From an uncultured delta proteobacterium (GTDB taxonomy: Bacteria > Desulfobacterota > Desulfobacteria > Desulfobacterales > B30-G6): a stretch of DNA of 64,000 bases. Position 1 is the first letter of the stretch. The number at the start of each line of letters is the position of its first letter. The position numbers and the translations under genes are program-made. The DNA is taken from assembly GCA_963701385.1 (NCBI GenBank), contig CAVOZW010000007.1, positions 32,385 to 96,384 on the forward strand, given 5' to 3'. Below the pieces are notes generated by a model. That model saw only the letters and a program-made list of their open reading frames with translations, made no database searches and was not told the DNA's origin. This document shows positions 52,236-62,277 of this stretch, one piece after another.

Positions 52236-54576
52236 TTTTTCCGTTCCTTGCGGTCAAAAGGGCGGTATCGGGATATTCGATTCGATGGTGATGAATCCCG
52301 GTTAGAATTTTTGTAAAACTGCGCGCAATGTTGTGCAGGTCCTTCAGGGTCAGCTCGCAATTGTCCAGTTGACCATCAGAAAAAATTTTATTGATCAGTT
52401 CCTGGACCAGCCGTTGGATTCGTGACGGTGTCGGATTTTCCAGGGTTCGGGATGCCGCTTCCAGGACATCGGCCAGCATAACCAATCCGGCTTCCCGAGT
52501 CTGGGGTCTGGGTCCTGGGTATTTGAAATCTTCAATTTTAACGGCATGTTCTCCCTTCTGTTTTTTTGCCTTTTCATAAAAATATCCAATCAGGCTGGTG
52601 CCATGATGCTGCGCTATGGTATCGATGATCGCCTGGCCCAGCTTGAATTCCCGACCCATCTCCATGCCATCCTTGACATGACCGATCAGGATCAGGCTTG
52701 ACATGGATGGTGCAAGCTTGTCATGCCGGTTGATGCCGCCTTCTTGATTTTCGACGAAATAGAGCGGTTTTTTGATCTTGCCGATATCATGATAATATCC
52801 ACAAACCTTTGCCAACAATGGATTTGCCCCAATTTCAGATGCAGCCGCCTCTACCATTGTTCCCACCACCATCGAGTGGTGGTAGGTTCCCGGCACTTCA
52901 ATCATGAGCCGTTTTAGAATGGGCCGATCAAGATTGGCCAACTCCAGCAGCGTAATATCCGTGGTATATCCAAACGTCAGTTCGATTAATGGTGAAAGGC
53001 CCGAGGTAACGATACCGGTACCGATACCGCCGGCAAAGGCAAACAGGGTTCCCCACAGAATGCGCATCCCGGACAGGTTTCCAGAATAGCTCTCTGCTGC
53101 GACGACAAGCAGTATGTTCAACAAACCCAGCTTCAAACCAGCCTTGATAAACACCTTTCGTTCCCGGCAGTTCTGGATCCAATAGGCCGCCATCGTGCCG
53201 TTCAAAAAAAGATAAATCAGGAGTTCAAAACGAATATGATAAACGACCGCTGTGCAGATGGCCAGGAGAACTGCAAATGGAATAGCGATCTCCAGACCGA
53301 AAAAAAGACAGATCGTCATGGCTCCGGCACCGATCGGAATTCCGTAAAACAAGGTTGTCTTGCTAATGGACAGCAGAGATCCCGCTACCAATGATTCAGA
53401 AAAAATTGATGTAACTTTGGCGATCCCCATAAAAAAAACAAAAATGCACATGATGCAGAGAAGGTTCCGGTTTTCGCTGCCCGGCAGTTTCTTCAACTGC
53501 GACAGATAAAGAAAATAGGTAACAACAAGCAGGCAGATGATCAACATGGCCGCACCCAGGCTCTTAGTAAAAATACCCTCGTCCTTGAACTGAGACGCCA
53601 GCGATTTCAGTTTGAGAAGCTGTAAGGCCGTGACTATTTCGCCCTCACGCAGCAGCATCTCCCCGGTCTTGATCTTGTGAAAAATCGGCTTTATCTCTGA
53701 AGCGGCGCGCTTTTTTCGATCTTCTGTCTCGCTTTTGTTTAGGGTGATATTGGGATGTATCAAGTTCTGAACCACATCTACGATCAAATTCCTGAGATTA
53801 TAATTCAGATCCTTGAGAAGCGGCTGCCCGATGACCCGCACCATCACCTTGGATTGATCCAGACCGTAAAACTGACGCAAGTTGTTGACGGTCGTTTCGG
53901 TCCTCTCTTGGACCCGCCTGAGGGTAATCCCTTTTTCCGCTTCTCTCAGAAAAATGTCTTTGTTGGCCACAACCCCGTTGTCAAGAACTTCCGACAAAAT
54001 TTTATTGATATATAGGGCGATGTCATTCGCAAAGCCCTCGTTTTCGAGTATCGTGAAAGCACCTGTATTCAAGGTGATGCCAAGTTTTTTCTCGAATTCG
54101 GGTTTTTTGTCTAGCAATTCTTTTCTTAGCAGTTCTGATCGTCCTGTCTCGATCCAAAGTGCTTCCGCTTGCGCTAGAGATTGCGACGGTCCAGGAGGGT
54201 TCTTTGAATCAGAAACCTCTGCAACTGCCGACAGGCTTTGCTTTATCTTCTTCTGCATGATCTCGAAAGCATCGTTCACATTTTGGGTCAATTCCTCAGC
54301 AAGGGTTGTGTCGTGATCGTATACAGTGCGCACCGCTTCCACGGCCGTCTGTACATTGCGTTCCGTTGCAGCCCTGTCTTCAAATAAAAAGTCCTTGGGT
54401 GCCTTGACATCCGTGTCCACAACATCGCCCAGCAGGTAGACATGCTGCTTAACGATCAGGCTTGGGTAGAGACTAACTATAACGCTGAGGGTCATCACTC
54501 CCAGCAACACCCATTTGAAATAATCATTCAGACGGTGATATTTTTGCAGGTTCATTTTCCGTTTTTCTTGCTTCAT
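52135..54576 (-). CDS. 7TM-receptor/HD (HDIG) phosphohydrolase, PgpH-like
   Basis: N-terminal extracytoplasmic domain, then seven helices and an HD domain (HHSMVVGTMVEAAA...CGYYHDIGK...HHG). Sits in the phoH-ybeY neighbourhood typical of this family. The 3' tail overlaps ybeY by 101 nt. Confidence 0.85.
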   Translation of the reverse strand: MKQEKRKMNLQKYHRLNDYFKWVLLGVMTLSVIVSLYPSLIVKQHVYLLGDVVDTDVKAPKDFLFEDRAATERNVQTAVEAVRTVYDHDTTLAEELTQNVNDAFEIMQKKIKQSLSAVAEVSDSKNPPGPSQSLAQAEALWIETGRSELLRKELLDKKPEFEKKLGITLNTGAFTILENEGFANDIALYINKILSEVLDNGVVANKDIFLREAEKGITLRRVQERTETTVNNLRQFYGLDQSKVMVRVIGQPLLKDLNYNLRNLIVDVVQNLIHPNITLNKSETEDRKKRAASEIKPIFHKIKTGEMLLREGEIVTALQLLKLKSLASQFKDEGIFTKSLGAAMLIICLLVVTYFLYLSQLKKLPGSENRNLLCIMCIFVFFMGIAKVTSIFSESLVAGSLLSISKTTLFYGIPIGAGAMTICLFFGLEIAIPFAVLLAICTAVVYHIRFELLIYLFLNGTMAAYWIQNCRERKVFIKAGLKLGLLNILLVVAAESYSGNLSGMRILWGTLFAFAGGIGTGIVTSGLSPLIELTFGYTTDITLLELANLDRPILKRLMIEVPGTYHHSMVVGTMVEAAASEIGANPLLAKVCGYYHDIGKIKKPLYFVENQEGGINRHDKLAPSMSSLILIGHVKDGMEMGREFKLGQAIIDTIAQHHGTSLIGYFYEKAKKQKGEHAVKIEDFKYPGPRPQTREAGLVMLADVLEAASRTLENPTPSRIQRLVQELINKIFSDGQLDNCELTLKDLHNIARSFTKILTGIHHHRIEYPDTALLTARNGKNGNTDRKQTKPIPDSAEKSERKGPGHLRRLGQP

Positions 54577-55559
54577 GCAATCCTTTGCTTTTCTTTTTCC
54601 AGATCTTCATACGCCCTGATAATATCCTGAACAAGCTTATGCCGGACCACATCCCTTTTGCTGAAAAATGCAAATCGAATCCCCTCAATATTGGCCAGAA
54701 TGTTTTTGGTCTCGATCAACCCGGATGGTTTGTTTGACGGAAGGTCGATCTGTGTAATGTCACCGGTGATAACGGCTTTGGAGCTGAACCCAATACGCGT
54801 TAAAAACATTTTCATCTGTTCCGACGTCGTGTTCTGGGCCTCGTCCAGAATAACGAACGAATCGTTTAATGTTCGCCCTCTCATGAAAGCAATGGGCGCG
54901 ACTTCGATGATGCCTTTTTGCAAAAGACTTGAAACCTTTTCGAAACGCATCATATCATGCAGCGCGTCATACAGAGGTCTTAAATAGGGGTCCACCTTTT
55001 CCGACAAATCTCCTGGAAGAAAACCAAGCGCCTCGCCTGCTTCGACGGCCGGTCGCGTCAGAATGATCCGGTTGACAATTCCCTTGGATAAAGCGGAAAC
55101 CGCCATGGCCATGGCCAGATATGTTTTTCCGGTTCCTGCAGGGCCGATACCGAAAACAATATCATTGTTCCGAATGGCATCGATATATTCCTTTTGCGCC
55201 CGACTTTTCGGTGTAATGGCACGTTTTTTGGAAGTCACATAAATCGTATCCAGAAAGATGGACTTTAGGTCGGCCTTGTCATCTTCCGTCAACACCCGAA
55301 TGGCATAGTCCACATCGTTCTCATAAATCGGATAGCCTTCCTTCAGCAGCTGATATAACTGATCCAGAATCTTCTTGCCCAGACTTGAAACGATGGGATC
55401 CCCCTGGATATGAACGGTGTTGCCCCTTGCATGAATCTTGACATCCAAGGCGTCGGCAATCTTTTTTAAATTGTCGTTATGCTCACCAAAAAGATGCCTG
55501 GCCAACTCCACGTCCGGATAGCTTGCCCTGTCCTGATAATTGTCATCGTTTTTTTGCAT
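54573..55559 (-). CDS. phoH: PhoH-family ATPase
   Basis: P-loop GPAGTGKTYLAMAMAV and DEAQN Walker B. Start at ATG 55559 (MQKNDDNYQ..., 328 aa). The track's 98-aa N-terminal extension runs through an intergenic repeat and is rejected. Confidence 0.9.
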   Translation of the reverse strand: MQKNDDNYQDRASYPDVELARHLFGEHNDNLKKIADALDVKIHARGNTVHIQGDPIVSSLGKKILDQLYQLLKEGYPIYENDVDYAIRVLTEDDKADLKSIFLDTIYVTSKKRAITPKSRAQKEYIDAIRNNDIVFGIGPAGTGKTYLAMAMAVSALSKGIVNRIILTRPAVEAGEALGFLPGDLSEKVDPYLRPLYDALHDMMRFEKVSSLLQKGIIEVAPIAFMRGRTLNDSFVILDEAQNTTSEQMKMFLTRIGFSSKAVITGDITQIDLPSNKPSGLIETKNILANIEGIRFAFFSKRDVVRHKLVQDIIRAYEDLEKEKQRIA

Positions 55560-55687
55560 GAACGACCTTATCCTGTTTGCACCTAAAAACGTGCAGCGGT
55601 TTTTCGAATCATAGAAGGATTCTTTAACATACCCGTTCAGACCAATGCAAATCACAAATTTACCTGGCAGCCAAAATGAGAAATACC

Positions 55688-55717
55688 TTGACGAAAGGAA
55701 CTCACCTTTGTTATTTT
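55688..55717 (+). promoter_or_regulatory. possible sigma70-type promoter upstream of cvpA (TTGACG-18 nt-TATTTT)
   Basis: Hexamers at 55688-55693 and 55712-55717. This would place the 55785-55847 repeat in the cvpA 5' UTR. Confidence 0.3.
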
Positions 55718-55784
55718 GTTTCTTTGATAATTGAGCCGAAACCGTGAGCGCATTCAGCGTGGTATTTCGCGCGGAATGCGAACG

Positions 55785-55847
55785 CATCTGAATTAGGCAG
55801 AATTCCTTACGGTCGATGCGAAGCACTGCCGCACGGCAGAACATTCC
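55785..55847 (+). repeat. 63-bp intergenic repeat, copy 1 (catctgaattaggcagaattccttacggtcgatgcgaagcactgccgcacggcagaacattcc)
   Basis: Aligns without gaps to 63405-63467 with 8 mismatches by my count (55/63). Contains the hairpin CTGCC-gcac-GGCAG. Confidence 0.85.
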
Positions 55848-55908
55848 CCACAACTTGCTACGCGGTGCTTCGATCCCTGCTGTTTACACGAAAATAGCTT
55901 CGTGCCAT

Positions 55909-56433
55909 ATGAATTCATTCGACATTCTTGTAACCATCATTGTTGGGTTTTGCCTGATCAGAGGAATCTTTCGGGGTCTTGTGAAGGAATTATCCTCGAT
56001 TCTCGGTGTGATGACAGGCTATTATGTCGCCAACTCTTTTTATCCCCAAGTGGCTAAATTTTTATCACGCTGGATTTCCGTGGTCGACTATAGCAGACTG
56101 ATTGGCTTTCTGGCCGTATTTATCGGCGTATTCTTGCTCATCAGCATTCTCGGTGTCATTATTAAATACCTCATGAGTATCGCCTTTCTGGGCTGGGCCG
56201 ATCGAATCAGCGGCGGCGTTTTTGGCTTAATCAAGGGCTTGCTCATCGCGTCTATCCTGGTTGTCGTTTTCACCACCTTTCTTCCGAAAAACACATCGAT
56301 GATCAAAGATTCCGTTGTGGCGCCTTACCTGTCCCATGTATCAACGCAACTGGCCAAGATTGTGAACAAAGACATGAAACTCGAATTTGCCGAAAAAATT
56401 GAAAGCTTAAAAAAGGCTTGGAAGATACACTGA
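55909..56433 (+). CDS. cvpA: CvpA-family membrane protein
   Basis: MNSFDILVTIIVGFCLIRGIFRGLVKE..., four helices, 174 aa from ATG 55909. Confidence 0.8.
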   Translation: MNSFDILVTIIVGFCLIRGIFRGLVKELSSILGVMTGYYVANSFYPQVAKFLSRWISVVDYSRLIGFLAVFIGVFLLISILGVIIKYLMSIAFLGWADRISGGVFGLIKGLLIASILVVVFTTFLPKNTSMIKDSVVAPYLSHVSTQLAKIVNKDMKLEFAEKIESLKKAWKIH

Positions 56434-57239
56434 ACCATACCTGCTCCCCCTTTTCAAAAATCATTGACCTGATTGAAACACTTAGGGGTGAAAACGGATG
56501 CCCCTGGGACCGAAAACAGACCCCTCTAAGCATGGTCCGTTATCTGGTGGAAGAGGTTTTCGAGCTCATGGATGCCATCCAATCGGACAAGGCCGATGAC
56601 ATCTGTGAAGAACTCGGTGACGTTCTTTTTTTGGTTCTTTTCATTATCGTCCAGTTTCAAACCTCTGGTCTATTCGATATCAAAACCCTGACACAGCGTA
56701 ACCTGGATAAAATGATCCGTCGGCACCCCCATGTTTTTGGCGAAGAGACTGCCTGTACACCGGATCAGGTGCGGGATCGCTGGCAGGCGATTAAACGACG
56801 CGAAAAATCACACCAAGCGTCGCATTCCATACTGGGAACTGTACCCAAAAGCCTCCCGGCACTCATGCGCGCCCACCGGATATCTATAAAAGCCGCCCAT
56901 TCCGGATTTGATTGGGACGACTTAGAAGGTGTCATGATAAAGGCACAAGAGGAATGGGGAGAACTGAAACAAGAGTTGAAAAAGGATTCAGAAAGTGCCG
57001 GCAATCGCGAGGCGCTGGAACTGGAGATTGGGGACGTTTTCTTTACCCTTGTCAATGTGGCACGATTTGCGGGCATCCATCCTGAAACAGCCCTAGCATC
57101 AGCAACTCGAAAATTTGAGACCCGATTCAATCGTATGGAAAAGCTGGCCAAAGAACGCCAAACCCTTTTTGAAAAACTTTCTTACATCGATAAACACCGC
57201 TTGTGGGATGAAGTCAAAAAGGGCGAGGAGTCGTCTTAG
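56418..57239 (+). CDS. mazG: nucleoside triphosphate pyrophosphohydrolase MazG
   Basis: GCPWDRKQTP, two EExGDxxF-type motifs (EELGDVLFLV and LEIGDVFFTL). A TTG start overlaps the cvpA end. Confidence 0.88.
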   Translation: MEDTLNHTCSPFSKIIDLIETLRGENGCPWDRKQTPLSMVRYLVEEVFELMDAIQSDKADDICEELGDVLFLVLFIIVQFQTSGLFDIKTLTQRNLDKMIRRHPHVFGEETACTPDQVRDRWQAIKRREKSHQASHSILGTVPKSLPALMRAHRISIKAAHSGFDWDDLEGVMIKAQEEWGELKQELKKDSESAGNREALELEIGDVFFTLVNVARFAGIHPETALASATRKFETRFNRMEKLAKERQTLFEKLSYIDKHRLWDEVKKGEESS

Positions 57240-57372
57240 TGTTGGAGGGCAATAACTTACGGACATAAACTGTCCTGACCGATACATGATCCGCAACAGC
57301 AAGCGCGATTTTCATTGCAAACATCTTTTTGACAACTGGTATTAAAAAAATGAATTCAATCAATTATTTAAC

Positions 57373-57401
57373 TTGACATACTATATATTGTAGCATATTT
57401 A
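57373..57401 (+). promoter_or_regulatory. near-consensus sigma70-type promoter (TTGACA-17 nt-TATTTA)
   Basis: -35 TTGACA at 57373-57378, an exact 17-nt spacer, and -10 TATTTA at 57396-57401. About 95 nt upstream of the histone-like gene start. Confidence 0.5.
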
Positions 57402-57497
57402 ATTTCTAATACAAAATATAAGGTCCAAGCCAATTTTACTTTCTAAACTGAAGGGCTATGTGATGTTCCTAACCTTTTAAACATTAAGGGGGGTTCC

Positions 57498-57914
57498 ATG
57501 GCGACTGCGAAGAAGAAAACGGCAGCAAAAAAAACTACTGCAAAGAAACCGGCGGCTAAAAAAACTGCCAAAAAAACTGCTGCAAAGAAACCGGCGGCTA
57601 AAAAAACAACTGCCAAAAAAACTGCTGCAAAGAAACCGGCGGTTAAAAAAACTGCCAAAAAAACTGCTGCAAAGAAACCGGCGGTTAAAAAAACTGCCAA
57701 AAAAACTGCTGCAAAGAAACCGGCGGCTAAAAAAACTGCCAAAAAAACTGCTGCAAAGAAAACGGCGGTTAAAAAAACAACTGCCAGAAAAACTGCTGCA
57801 AAGAAACCGGCGGCTAAAAAAACTGCCAAAAAAACTGCTGCAAAGAAAACAGCGGTTAAAAAAACAACTGCCAGAAAAACTGCTGCAAAGAAACCGGCGG
57901 CTAAAAAAAAGTAA
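57498..57914 (+). CDS. histone H1-like / AlgP-like lysine-alanine repeat nucleoid protein
   Basis: 138 aa made almost only of K, A, T and P ([15 protein letters not shown] repeats). AAGGGGGG SD. The antisense track ORF is its low-complexity mirror. Confidence 0.7.
   Translation: MATAKKKTAAKKTTAKKPAAKKTAKKTAAKKPAAKKTTAKKTAAKKPAVKKTAKKTAAKKPAVKKTAKKTAAKKPAAKKTAKKTAAKKTAVKKTTARKTAAKKPAAKKTAKKTAAKKTAVKKTTARKTAAKKPAAKKK
57520..57911 (+). repeat. imperfect in-frame tandem repeats (~45 bp unit and shorter variants) encoding [15 protein letters not shown]
   Basis: aaaaaaactgccaaaaaaactgctgcaaagaaaccggcggytaaa is reiterated about 8 times, with occasional acaact/agaaaa variants. Confidence 0.85.
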
Positions 57915-57940
57915 CCCTTTGTTTGAGCCCTTTAGTATTT

Positions 57941-57988
57941 AACGGGGAGGCAGAAAATGTTTCGATAAAACCTTCCCGTTTTCTTGTT
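57941..57988. terminator. possible bidirectional terminator hairpin between the histone-like gene and fba
   Basis: AACGGGGAGG-20 nt-CCTTCCCGTT (10-bp stem, one G-T) followed by TTCTTGTT. The large loop lowers confidence. Confidence 0.3.
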
Positions 57989-57995
57989 CATGAAA

Positions 57996-59276
57996 TTAGT
58001 CGTCAAAGTCCCCGCCAGCTCCTTTATCGCTATCGATGCCTGCCGCCTTTTGGACGATTTTTTCGGGTGTCCATTCATCCGGGTTTTCGATCCGCTCCAC
58101 CTTGGGGCCGGGATCGTAGGATCCGGTTGAGAGAATTTTCTGGATGGCAATATCGGCAGTTTCGCTTGCGTTAAAGACATTCACCAGCATATTGTAAACA
58201 AAATCTTCCACACGTTTGGCCATTCTGTCCCGAATCGCCATGGGTTGGCCCAATAATTTGTTTTCAAAAGGCAGGTTGAGTTTCTTATAGTTGCCACCTT
58301 TCAGGCCCTGGGATGTTGCGTAGGCCACCATGGCTTCCCACATCTCCTCTGTCACGCCCCGATCCTTAACCTTGATGAAATCCCCATCCTCACTTATTAT
58401 GGCATTTCCGTAATCATTTACCTTCAGGCCCCATGAAATCATCTGCAACGCTGTAGCAACATTGGCTTTCGTTGTTCGGGTCTTGGTTGCGATCTCTCTG
58501 AGCCGGTCTGAATTGTTCCCCGAGGTGCCATGTTGTGCACCCGATACGTTGTAGGGTGCCAGCGCATCGTGAATTTGACGCGTCAAATCGACCTGGATGC
58601 CTTGTCCGCTGGCCTCGATACCATGCGTCGTTCCGTTGTTCAAGGCAATCCAGTCCGCAAAGATATCGTGTGCATTTAGGCCCTGGATGAGGAATCGGGC
58701 CTCCGCAACGGTTGACAGTCCTTCTTTGCCTTTGATTTCGCCTACCTCTGTTTCGAGGCCGGCCCAGGTGGGAATGAATGGATTCAACTCTAAATTGGCC
58801 AAAAGATTCTGATCGTCCGGCATATGCGAAGCATCGACGGCAATGGAAGTCATGCCTGCTTCGAAGAGGGTGGGTATCTCGATCTTGGCCACTTCTATGT
58901 CGGCCGCCTTTTTAATGCCATAGTGGTCGGCATGGATGGCCACAGGGATCTGTATGTCCAGTTCGTTGCAGATGGCATCCACCTGCATGGCGATATTCCA
59001 ATAATTGACCGCACAGTAAGCATCGGCGCCACCTTCCGATCGCGCGATTTCAATGATAATACATGCATTGGCACGTTGTGCTGCCTGCAGTGCGCCCCGG
59101 ATAACGAGTCTGTTTCTGCCATTGGCTGCCATGGCAATGGCCTGCCCTTTTTCGGCCATCGCCCTGTCGATGAACTTCCCACTGACAATCAAGGCCCGGG
59201 AGTTCGGAAATAATCGGGTCACGTTGGGGGGACGACCCATCTGAATTGCCTTTTCAAAATCTGATGAAGAAACCAT
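57996..59276 (-). CDS. fba: class II fructose-1,6-bisphosphate aldolase (long form)
   Basis: 426 aa with VAIHADHYG and GAQHGTSGN metal/substrate blocks of class II ketose-bisphosphate aldolases. Confidence 0.88.
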   Translation of the reverse strand: MVSSSDFEKAIQMGRPPNVTRLFPNSRALIVSGKFIDRAMAEKGQAIAMAANGRNRLVIRGALQAAQRANACIIIEIARSEGGADAYCAVNYWNIAMQVDAICNELDIQIPVAIHADHYGIKKAADIEVAKIEIPTLFEAGMTSIAVDASHMPDDQNLLANLELNPFIPTWAGLETEVGEIKGKEGLSTVAEARFLIQGLNAHDIFADWIALNNGTTHGIEASGQGIQVDLTRQIHDALAPYNVSGAQHGTSGNNSDRLREIATKTRTTKANVATALQMISWGLKVNDYGNAIISEDGDFIKVKDRGVTEEMWEAMVAYATSQGLKGGNYKKLNLPFENKLLGQPMAIRDRMAKRVEDFVYNMLVNVFNASETADIAIQKILSTGSYDPGPKVERIENPDEWTPEKIVQKAAGIDSDKGAGGDFDD

Positions 59277-59614
59277 GAATGAACCTCCTTGTAAGATCCA
59301 GAATTCGGTGGCACAGCCACATCAGGCTGGTGTAAAATATAGCCAATCAGCGACAACGTCGCTTTTCATATAATCGTTTTCACGATTGTATTGTTATATC
59401 AGACTTCTCATTTGTCAGTCAACTAGCACCCGACCTGGATGAAGCGATTTTTATCTCGATCTGCACCACTCTTGTGCGGATCAAGGGTTCGAATAAAGCC
59501 TCGACAGATCCACTGGTATTGTGTTTACAGGGTGATCATTGTCTGTTAATAAAATCATATCCAAGGGATTTACGAAACTTAACGATAATGCATTCATAAT
59601 GGTAGAACACGTTC

Positions 59615-61693
59615 ATGTTTATTAGACACATCCTTTATATCATTGCATCAATTCTTCTGGTCTGGGCATGCGCCCCTAAGCAAGCACTGCCGCCATTGCT
59701 CAAACCGACAGAACCCCCCGGTGCAGAAGTCATAGACTATACAAGCCTGTTTCAGGAAGCCGAAGCCTTGTTTGCCGATCAGTTGTTCGGAGAAGCCCTG
59801 GAAAAATACGGCTCTTATCTTGAAAATCAACCCCAAGGCGTTTATGCGGATATGGCGCTCAAACGGACCGCGGATTGTCACGTTCAGCTGGGTGCTTTTG
59901 AATCTGCCAGATATGCCTTCCAGGAACTGCTTGACAGGCACCCCCAAAGCCCGCTGGTGCCGGGTGCAATGATCGCTATGCTGGAGACATATGACCGGGA
60001 GGGTAAATATGAAGACGTTATCCGGTATTCACTTGAAATCCCAGCCGAACAACTCACCCCGGAGCAGCAGTTGCGCAGGGAAACCCTGACGGGGGATGCC
60101 TATCTTGCCATGGACTCACCGGTGGACGCTTTTTACTATTACAGCCTCGTGTATGATCAATCCCCGCTGATGTTCAAGGAGCAGGCCCTTCAAAAAATGA
60201 AAGATGTTTTGCCGCACCTTAACACCATCAACACCATCTATCTGCTGGGCCTGCTGAAAAATGAAGCCTTGCGCGGACACCTGCAATATCATTTGGGATT
60301 GCTGAACCTCGAGAAGGGCAGAACCGACGATGCCATTGCAGCCCTTTCAGAACTCGTAAAACGCCAACCGGCACACGAGCAGGCTGGACAAGCCAAAAGC
60401 TTGTTAGTGGAAATCCTTTCTGAATCGATTTCCAGCCCCCATTCCATCGGATGTATCTTACCCCTCAGCGGCCCCTACAAGACCTATGGCCTCAAGGCCC
60501 TGCAGGGAATTGAATTGGCCCTGAACGAATATCATCGTGCCAACGAAAAAAAGCCGATTAATTTCATTGTCAAGGATTCGGCTTCGGATCCCTTCCAGGC
60601 TGTTCAGGCGGTAAGAGAACTTGACGATGCCAATGTTTCCGCAATCATCGGACCCATTATTTCAGCCGAGCCGGCTGCCATGGAAGCACAAAGCAGGGGA
60701 ATTCCCATCATCCTTTTTACCCAAAAGGATAATATTACACAGCTAGGGGAGTTCGTTTTCAGGAACTTCATAACACCCCAGATGCAATCAAGGTCCATGG
60801 CTGATTATGCAATAAAAAAAATGGGCCTCAACCGGTTTGCCATTCTCTATCCGGACGAAAATTATGGCGACACCTACATGAACCTATTTTGGGATGACGT
60901 GCTTGCTCGGGGTGGGAATATTGTGGGTGTTGAATCATACGACCCTTCGGCCACAGATTTTGCCACACCCATCAAAAAACTGGTGGGTCTTTATTACAAG
61001 ATACCAAAAGCACTCGAGATCGCCTTTGAGTTTACGTCCCAAGATGCGCTGAACCCGGATCCAATGGCTAAAAGAACTACCGATATGTTCGCCTTCATGC
61101 CCCCTGAAACCAAGCAGATAGCGGAACTTTTTTTCTGGGGAATCCCACAACCCCTGGGCCCCCTGGCGGAGGATGGCGATGGTGGTAGAAAACGGGATGA
61201 CGCGCTTGAGCCCATCGTCGATTTCAACGCATTGTTCATACCGGATGCAGCCAAAAAGGCAGGCCTGATTACACCCCAGCTGGCCTATTATGATATCGAA
61301 GACGTGATATTGATTGGAACCAATCTTTGGCACTCCCAACAACTGATCAGCATGTCACAGGATTATATCCAGGAAGCGATCCTGACGGATGGCTTTTTTC
61401 CCGAAAGCCAAGATCCGAAGGTGAGGATTTTTTCGAAAAATTTTCAGGACACGTTCAATGAAAAGCCGGGATTCATTCAAGCTGTGGCTTACGATTCTGC
61501 CAGGATTCTCCTGAAGACACTTGCCAACCCCCGTATACGTTTCAAAGGTCATCTCAAAGACGAGCTACTGAACCTAGTTGATTTCCCCGGCGTGACCGGT
61601 TCCACGTCCTTCGACTACAAGGGGGATGCCATCAGAAACCCTTATATCCTGCGGGTCAAGGGGCGCACCTTCGAGGCGCTCCAGAATCCTTAA
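59615..61693 (+). CDS. lipoprotein with N-terminal TPR region and type-1 periplasmic-binding-fold domain (LpoA-like penicillin-binding-protein activator)
   Basis: Lipobox LLVWAC at the signal end, then TPR-like helices, then IGCILPLSGPYKTYG...IIGPI... of the Leu/Ile/Val-binding fold. Confidence 0.7.
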   Translation: MFIRHILYIIASILLVWACAPKQALPPLLKPTEPPGAEVIDYTSLFQEAEALFADQLFGEALEKYGSYLENQPQGVYADMALKRTADCHVQLGAFESARYAFQELLDRHPQSPLVPGAMIAMLETYDREGKYEDVIRYSLEIPAEQLTPEQQLRRETLTGDAYLAMDSPVDAFYYYSLVYDQSPLMFKEQALQKMKDVLPHLNTINTIYLLGLLKNEALRGHLQYHLGLLNLEKGRTDDAIAALSELVKRQPAHEQAGQAKSLLVEILSESISSPHSIGCILPLSGPYKTYGLKALQGIELALNEYHRANEKKPINFIVKDSASDPFQAVQAVRELDDANVSAIIGPIISAEPAAMEAQSRGIPIILFTQKDNITQLGEFVFRNFITPQMQSRSMADYAIKKMGLNRFAILYPDENYGDTYMNLFWDDVLARGGNIVGVESYDPSATDFATPIKKLVGLYYKIPKALEIAFEFTSQDALNPDPMAKRTTDMFAFMPPETKQIAELFFWGIPQPLGPLAEDGDGGRKRDDALEPIVDFNALFIPDAAKKAGLITPQLAYYDIEDVILIGTNLWHSQQLISMSQDYIQEAILTDGFFPESQDPKVRIFSKNFQDTFNEKPGFIQAVAYDSARILLKTLANPRIRFKGHLKDELLNLVDFPGVTGSTSFDYKGDAIRNPYILRVKGRTFEALQNP

Positions 61694-61714
61694 GATAAAG
61701 GATGAAATCGTTTT

Positions 61715-62263
61715 TTAGGGGTCCTCTTGCTCTTTGATATAGATCAAAATATTCTCTTGCACTATATTTTTCATACCCGGTCGAGACACCTCATTCACTT
61801 TTACCAATTCAATATTCTTTATATTGTAATTCTGGCGAAGATGCTGGGAAAGTGATTTTATGATGTTTTTTTGGACATCGGCTGTATTTAGGTATGCCAT
61901 TTTTTTCGTGCTGGTAATATGTTCTGTGATTTCACAGACGTCTTCGTGATCTTCCGGGGTCACTTCCATTTGACTGGAGCGGGGGCTATCACCCCTGCCT
62001 GGGTAATCATGTTCAAAGAACTGCTCGCTGTTGAGGTGATCCATCGGCACGTTGAATCTCTCATCTGTCAGGGGTCGAATATCTTCTTCAGGTAAAGAAT
62101 TGCTTGGCTTTGACCCTTCAAAAGCATTCGCAGGATAGTATCCCCCGACCACATCCTTCACGTTTTTGATTGAAGCATCGTCGCGAGGGGTATTTTCCTT
62201 TTTCTGTGATATAAAAATATCCGCAATGTCCTCAAGCCCCCTGCCAAGACTCTTTTTTTCCAT
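61715..62263 (-). CDS. ParA-partner candidate: 182-aa protein with ParB-like N-terminal LGRGL peptide, acidic linker and C-terminal domain
   Basis: MEKKSLGRGLEDIADIF mimics the (K/R)GLGRGLDALL ParA-stimulating peptide of ParB proteins. It starts 14 nt downstream of the parA-like stop, with an AAGGA SD. Confidence 0.6.
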   Translation of the reverse strand: MEKKSLGRGLEDIADIFISQKKENTPRDDASIKNVKDVVGGYYPANAFEGSKPSNSLPEEDIRPLTDERFNVPMDHLNSEQFFEHDYPGRGDSPRSSQMEVTPEDHEDVCEITEHITSTKKMAYLNTADVQKNIIKSLSQHLRQNYNIKNIELVKVNEVSRPGMKNIVQENILIYIKEQEDP

Positions 62264-62277
62264 TTAGGATGTCCTTT

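Noticed and set aside
55560-55853. 98-aa N-terminal extension of phoH in the track ORF 54573-55853.
   Set aside because: The extension runs through the dispersed intergenic repeat (55785-55847). It has no homology-like features. The internal ATG 55559 gives a normal-length PhoH (328 aa).
57443-57829. 128-aa minus-strand ORF ([17 protein letters not shown]...) that looks like a repetitive membrane protein.
   Set aside because: It is the exact reverse-complement mirror of the K/A/T/P repeat gene (AAG/AAA/GCN codons read as F/L/A). The plus-strand gene has the SD and promoter.
59309-59325. TGGCAC word suggesting a sigma54 promoter upstream of the LpoA-like gene.
   Set aside because: The -12 element is absent: TGGCAC-agcca-CATCA instead of TTGCW. 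No enhancer-binding-protein gene is nearby.
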